From positions 32,497 to 96,496 of the IMG/VR virus record IMGVR_UViG_3300028176_000002: DNA of 64,000 nucleotides. The stretch is one strand, 5' to 3'. Position numbers and translations under genes: made by a program. Shown piece by piece: positions 58,480 to 64,000 of the stretch. The DNA comes from a virus. The notes beneath the pieces are model-generated. The model saw only the letters and a list, made by a program, of their open reading frames with translations. It searched no databases and was not told the DNA's origin. Positions within the stretch are counted from its first letter, which is position 1. Every line of letters begins with the position of its first letter.

Positions 58480-59238
58480 TTATAACCCCTTTATAAATGC
58501 TTTTTTATAACAAAATTTTCTAAAACTTGTCCTATATAGCGGTTTTGATTCTATTATTTTTTCAATACTTCTTTTTTCTTTTAATTCTTGCCTTGTTTTA
58601 GGTAAATCTAGTTCGGTTTTTTCTAATGTTAAATGTAATGCTTTTAAATTAAAACTGCTTATTTTATACCCCATATCAATTTTTACTTTAGTTTTATGCC
58701 CAAATATAGCAATTTCTAAAACCTTGCCAATTGTTTTAGAATTCCCAATTGTTACAATATCATTTATTTTAATCATTTTATCCCCCTAAATATTGGTAAA
58801 AATTTCTATATAATATCTTCCATTATCCCGGTATATTGTAAGCCCGGAATTTTCTTTTAAATCCGCTTTAATCGTATTTTTTAAATCTTCTTTTTTAACT
58901 TCCTTAATGATTCTATGCGGTAAAATTACTATTTTATCCCGGGAATAATAAACATAACCTACATTCCCAATTTTATAAAATATGCAATCTTGCGTTTTTC
59001 CATTAGTTTTAATCTGTTTTAATAAATCAAGGTAATTATAAAAATTCGATTGATAATAAATCCCCTCAATTGATTGATTATATTCCCGGCAATCAATTAA
59101 ATCGGATTCAATCTTCCCGGATTCATTAGCCCATAATCCCCGGGCTAGATTCTGTTTTCCGTATTTTCTTTTATTTACCGGGATAAAAACTACGATTTTT
59201 TGATTCAATCCTTTTGTATTCATAAGTAATAATAACAT
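58480..59238 (-). CDS. First two early genes (58480-58776, 58786-59238), hypothetical
   Basis: Co-oriented ORFs downstream of a promoter. Confidence 0.6.
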
Positions 59239-59257
59239 TTATTTTTATAAAAATCAA
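59229..59257 (-). promoter_or_regulatory. Sigma70-type promoter at the start of the early region
   Basis: TTGATT-17-TATTAT with TG extension; the ATG at 59223 would be roughly leaderless. Confidence 0.55.
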
Positions 59258-60431
59258 GGGCTAGAGATAAAATATTTTTTATGCTATAACCTATTGAATA
59301 ACAATCATTTATAACAATTGATTATAACTATTTTATAACTATTTTATTTTATTACATAAACAATTGCAATCATTAAGGTTATAAAACCCGGTCAATTGGT
59401 TAAGTAAAGCATTGAATCGGGATTCCCGGCACTATGCCCGGCACGATTCCCGGGATAATCTAAAGAAATAAAATCAATCTAATCGGTCAAAATAGATTGA
59501 TTATAATTGAGTAATTGCCCGGGATTATTCCCGGCTAACTGAATAATAAAAAGCATTTAATTGATTAAAATAAAATCAAGATAATCATTTAAAATAAAAG
59601 CCGGATAATTGATTAAACTAATGTAAACAAGAGTAAAAATAAAATTGATTTAATGAGGTAATTTAAAAAACAGGCAAAGCCCAAATTCCCGGGCTACCTT
59701 GCCCGGATTATCTTTTATCTATACAATAAAAGCCCATTGATTATCAATTGATTATCATAAGTTATTGCAATTACTAGAGATACGGCAGGGTTAAATTTAG
59801 CAATTAAAACGATTAAAAAAAATTGCCGGTAGACTGTGTGCGGATTCCCAGAAATCATTTTTCCTAAATTCAGCCCCAATAAAAAATATAAAATCAATCA
59901 CACCATCATGTTACATTAATTCGCCATCATACATCTCCATAATTGGTCAATTCTCCCCCCGATATTATTATTAATTATCCTGTTTTTGTTTTAAATCGTT
60001 GATATCATTAATGTTATATTTAGTTTTGACAATTCCAGTGTCAACTTCCCAGCAAGTTCCCGGTAAAACAATCAATTTTAGGTGTTTTTTCGGTGTTGTA
60101 AGTCGTTGTGCTGCAATATGTTATTCGGCAGCCCCCGGCATGTTATTTTTAGCAAAAAGGAGTGTCAAGATACAGGACAGTGTGTCTAATATATTAAACA
60201 CATGTCTATTATATTAGACTTATATATCTATCCAAATTTTTAGAGATATGCTATATTTTTCTTCAAAATCTTATATATCGGGTACGATTATTAAAGAATT
60301 AGCGGAATTTCTTCATTAAACGATTCTATTATTAAAGTTTATGCTAGATAGGGTCTAATTACTAATTAAATACTACTGAATACTATTCCAGTATTACATC
60401 TACGTCATTGCTATCATTAATTTTAGGTCAA

Positions 60432-60659
60432 TCTACCTACCATCTACTATCAATCTACCCGGTATCTACCTTGCTAAGTCAGGTAGAAGTGAGGTAGAAC
60501 TTAGTAGATTCAGGTAGATATAGTCTTTATCACAACGATAAAGCACAATCTTATCTAAGCACTCTTAGAGTTTCTACCCTATTTCTACCTTTTACATAAC
60601 AGTTAACGATTTCAATAAGTTACGTAGTTTCTACCTAGTTTCTACTATTACAAGGTAGA
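60432..60659. repeat. Helically phased TCTAC/GTAGA repeats
   Basis: TCTAC at 60432, 60443, 60454, 60465; GTAGA at 60483, 60494, 60504, 60514; more at 60573, 60584, 60630, 60641. Confidence 0.8.
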
Positions 60660-61278
60660 TGAAGGCAGATACCCAATCTGCCACAATCTACTTTTTATGT
60701 TTTATATCAAGCATCATTCTCGAAATGCCGAAGCCGAGCTTCCCCCAGCCCCCGGGGATACGTAAGTCGACCAATATGAGGAGATTAGGTACGGAGGTTC
60801 GTTTTGGAAGGGAAGAATCATTCATGGGCGAATTAAAGAAGGGAGTATAATTAATCTTGAAAATACGTTGAGCGACCGCAGGAGCGAAACCTATTTAGAT
60901 TTATGGTTTATATAAATCTAAATAAAACAAAAGGTTTTCTTAAGTTATTGGTTATTGATATCTTATAGTCTTAACTTATTGACTATTATATTCAAAAGAC
61001 TAATAAGGTTGAGATGGGATTCGAAAAATAAGCGATATAATCATTTTAATTATTTTGGTGAGTGTGCGGGGCGTTTTTGCCCAAAATTGCTTCATATTGA
61101 GCTCACAGTATACTGTTTTTAGCTTTATATACAGAATACTGTATATAGTCATTTATATAAGTATAGTAATAGCAATGATTTAGTGAATTAAATGGTTTAT
61201 TTTAAAAATAGTTTTAGGTGTTGTTGTAAGATTAATGATTACAATGAGTTATGACAAAAATTATTTTTTAGTCGCCCC

Positions 61279-61306
61279 TTGACTTTGAGGGTAAATTAGG
61301 CATACT
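61279..61306 (+). promoter_or_regulatory. Possible rightward promoter
   Basis: TTGACT-16-CATACT. Confidence 0.45.
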
Positions 61307-61363
61307 TAGTACTTGTCCGGTATAAAGATTAATCTTAATTCGTGCTCAAGAAAGGTGAAGTAA

Positions 61364-61582
61364 ATGAGAAAAAGAATGATGGTAGGATGTCCTCAGTGCG
61401 GAAGAAAGATGTCAAATGGTAAACAAGGCTGTTTGTGCGTAGAATGTTCAGTTGGAAGAGAAAATACGCATGAAACACAAGAATCGGATAATCCTAGTTA
61501 TCTTTTAACAACTGAAATGCATGAAAGTAACTATTCAAGACGCTTAGCTGAAGGTTTCGCAATGATGAATGGAGATTATTAA
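61364..61582 (+). CDS. Small Zn-ribbon protein
   Basis: CPQCG...LCVEC; AAGGTG RBS. Confidence 0.55.
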   Translation: MRKRMMVGCPQCGRKMSNGKQGCLCVECSVGRENTHETQESDNPSYLLTTEMHESNYSRRLAEGFAMMNGDY

Positions 61583-61647
61583 AATGAATTTTTTCACGGA
61601 AGAAGAAGCAGGTCCTTATTAAATTGTTCTTAAAAATATAAATACAT

Positions 61648-62200
61648 AAATTTTTCAGGGGCTGATACCTGGCAAAGTTCGGAGTCTTGACTCCCATAAT
61701 CGGCTGGCTAAAACGAAAACCCCAAAAATTTTCAACCCGGATTAAATCAAACGATTTAATTCCTCTCTTTCTGACTTCCGGTCGCTCAAAAATGTTTTAA
61801 TGTGGATTATTTAAAAATAATTCATGACTGGCTCGGAAAGAGTTTTTCAAATCATCCCGGCAATAGCCGGATATAAAAGTCCACTCGCCGAAAAAGGTCG
61901 GTGGCAATTGTTGGGAGCACTGCGGATAGCGGGGCTCCCTTACTGACAAGTCATTCTTCAGGTGATAAGATTAATATTGGTCGACTGAAGATGCAAGATA
62001 GATAGGAGAATTAATTTTCTCCTACCAAATGTATCTATCGGAAATAAAAATATTAATGTTAATGCTTAGGGCGAAGAAATTTTTTCGCTCTATTCGTGTT
62101 TTCAAAATGTAGATGAGAATTAAAATACTCATCACCAAAGTTCAGTCTCGGTAGTCATGTCGGGAACAAAAACTTAGTGCCACATTAGGCACACCTGAAC
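61648..62200 (+). ncRNA. Candidate large structured ncRNA (~550 nt)
   Basis: More than ten consecutive stems and a long-range loop pairing in a region without a credible ORF; strand inferred from context. Confidence 0.55.
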
Positions 62201-62226
62201 AACAATTTTTAACGAAAGGAATTAGA

Positions 62227-62760
62227 ATGAATTTTAAAAATGTAATAAATAAAATCGGATTATTTACTCTACCAGTATTAGGTGGTCTGCTCGGAGCGTT
62301 AGGCGGAGCCGATAAGAGTTCTAAATCATATCGAAGATTTGTTCTTCCGGCTTTATTAACAAGTTTTGCTTTTTCAAATACTCAAAGCGTTTTTGTAATT
62401 ACAGCAATGGCGATGAGCGGTGCTCTGAGTATTGGTTACGGAATTCCTGGAGTAGGCGACGCAGGAAGTTTTCTTGGAAGATTTTTTTATAAATTATTTA
62501 AACAAAATCATTTAGTCGCTGACATAATGACCAGAGCGACTATTGGTTTATTAATTTCATTATCATTTATTTCATTACCAATTATAAAACATAATTGGAT
62601 AATTTATTCTGCGTGTTCTTTAGGAATTATTTTAACGAATGGATTAATTTCTTGGAGAAATTTAGGCGGGTATAAATTATTCAATCGAAATCTTATTTGG
62701 AGCGAAACTATCACGTGGTTTTTAATCACATTATTTGCAACTATTTTAATATATTTTTAA
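62227..62760 (+). CDS. Multi-pass membrane protein
   Basis: Several hydrophobic helices; AAGGA RBS. Confidence 0.7.
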   Translation: MNFKNVINKIGLFTLPVLGGLLGALGGADKSSKSYRRFVLPALLTSFAFSNTQSVFVITAMAMSGALSIGYGIPGVGDAGSFLGRFFYKLFKQNHLVADIMTRATIGLLISLSFISLPIIKHNWIIYSACSLGIILTNGLISWRNLGGYKLFNRNLIWSETITWFLITLFATILIYF

Positions 62761-62809
62761 ATAAAACAAATTATAATCATTATAAATAAAATTAATTAAG
62801 GAGTTTAAT

Positions 62810-63160
62810 ATGCAGATAGTTAATTGGGAAATTACTAGGGGCGATTCTTGGGCAAGAGACCTTTATTTTACAGACGATGGGGTTGCACTTGATATAACCG
62901 GATATATTATCTTTCTAACAGCCAAAGAGAGAATCTCTGACCTCGATGCAGCAGCAAAAATTTCTAAGACTATTACAGTCGTTGCTGGTGTTGATGCAAC
63001 AAATGGAAAAACAACAATTTCATTATCTACTACAGAAACAGCTATAGCAATTGGTTCTTATGTTTATGATATACAGATTAAATCAGCTTCAGGAACAGTT
63101 TTAACAATTGTTTCTGGAACGATAACGATATTAAGTGATGTTACTATTCGCACTGCGTAA
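62810..63160 (+). CDS. Virion/baseplate-associated beta protein (BppU N-terminal-like)
   Basis: RGDS...LDITG...YVYDIQI. Confidence 0.6.
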   Translation: MQIVNWEITRGDSWARDLYFTDDGVALDITGYIIFLTAKERISDLDAAAKISKTITVVAGVDATNGKTTISLSTTETAIAIGSYVYDIQIKSASGTVLTIVSGTITILSDVTIRTA

Positions 63161-63185
63161 TATAAATTTTTTAATAGGAGCATAA

Positions 63186-63464
63186 ATGGCTGATAAGAAT
63201 ATAAAAATAAATTTTGTCGATGCCCAAGCAATTAGAGTAAAATTGCACGAGGGAATTCAAGGAACTGTTGGTGCTACTGGTACAACCGGTGCAGCGTCTA
63301 CTATTCCTGGACCTATCGGTACAACAGGTGCAATCGGAACAACAGGTCCAGCAGCTACAGACCATAATTTATTAACTAATAAAGATTATGTTCATGCGGG
63401 GCATACTGGTTTTCAAAAACAATTAGTATATTCACCAGATTTTAAATGTTATGAGATTGAATAA
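63186..63464 (+). CDS. Short collagen-like virion protein
   Basis: GXY repeats; H..L...DY...GHTGF motif. Confidence 0.65.
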   Translation: MADKNIKINFVDAQAIRVKLHEGIQGTVGATGTTGAASTIPGPIGTTGAIGTTGPAATDHNLLTNKDYVHAGHTGFQKQLVYSPDFKCYEIE

Positions 63465-63543
63465 ACAGAGAAAAGATATTATCTGTTTTTTTCCGTAAGG
63501 AAAATTTGATGAGAAAGAAAAATCAACAAAAAGGAGAATTAAG

Positions 63544-64000
63544 ATGGCAATTAAAAGAATTGCGGTCATGGATGAGTTTCCGTTTCAACCGAATGCGTTA
63601 GCTTTTATAACACATGCGGATTTAGCAACAATGGCTGGTGGTACTACAGTAAAAGGAGCGAGATACATTGTTAGCGATGCTGGTGCTAATCAATATAAAA
63701 TTGCTTATTTTACTGATACTATCGGAAGTTTAGTGTATTTAGTTCCAACCGTCGGGTGGTTAATATTTGTTGAAGATGCAGATAAATATTATAAATACAT
63801 TACTTCTTGGACTGAGTACATTGGGCAGCAAGGTATCGCAGGTACCACAGGTGCTGTAGGTGCTGACGGTACTACAGGTGCAGTTGGAACTACAGGTGCT
63901 GTAGGTGCTGACGGTACTACAGGTGCAGTTGGAACTACAGGTGCTGTAGGTGCTGACGGTACTACAGGTGCAGTTGGAACTACAGGTGCTGTAGGTGCTG
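63544..64000 (+). CDS. Thr-rich collagen-like fibre protein (partial)
   Basis: Not in the ORF track. AGGAG RBS; [12 protein letters not shown]...GARYIV...GW..., then GTTGAVGAD repeats (45-bp unit). Confidence 0.8.
   Translation, partial: MAIKRIAVMDEFPFQPNALAFITHADLATMAGGTTVKGARYIVSDAGANQYKIAYFTDTIGSLVYLVPTVGWLIFVEDADKYYKYITSWTEYIGQQGIAGTTGAVGADGTTGAVGTTGAVGADGTTGAVGTTGAVGADGTTGAVGTTGAVGA

Noticed and set aside
1-59300. Genome-wide TGA reassignment
   Set aside because: Genes are dense and intact under the standard code, and many end in TGA, often as ATGA overlaps; I found only one interrupted gene.
59715-60850. Short ORFs 59715-59897, 59999-60217 and 60659-60850
   Set aside because: No convincing RBS or motifs; they lie in the repeat-rich control region.
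61658-61680. GGGGCTGAT as a tmRNA 5' end
   Set aside because: No following TTCGAC and no T-arm/CCA 3' end downstream; the G-run pairs locally.

Overview
AT-rich segment of a large tailed dsDNA phage genome; the host cannot be identified from this sequence. From ~59.3 kb leftwards the genes are densely packed on the minus strand. An early region at ~51-59 kb has sigma70-type promoters, small proteins, and a ubiquitin-like protein next to an E1/ThiF enzyme. It is followed by a regulation, recombination and replication block: RuvB, a CHAP hydrolase, a tyrosine recombinase, a sigma-like factor, bS21, a 5'-3' exonuclease, a primase-helicase, RecA, PolB, a RuvC-like nuclease, ligase and SbcCD. Further left is an accessory block with peptide deformylase, several proteases, a BT1 transporter and a glycosyltransferase/LicD/TagD cluster. 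About 11 HNH-type ORFs are scattered throughout. A ~3 kb mostly non-coding strand-switch region (59.3-62.2 kb) holds helically phased repeats and a candidate large structured RNA; plus-strand virion genes follow. The most notable signals are: (1) the minimal Ubl+E1 module, bracketed by a duplicated gene; (2) a sharply bounded, strand-biased CCGG(G)-rich zone over the early region; (3) a CHAP hydrolase gene missed by the ORF track because of one in-frame TGA; (4) a GCGGAG-N9-TATACT promoter class; (5) three candidate structured RNAs. All calls come from motif recognition by eye, counts are manual and approximate, and no database searches were run.
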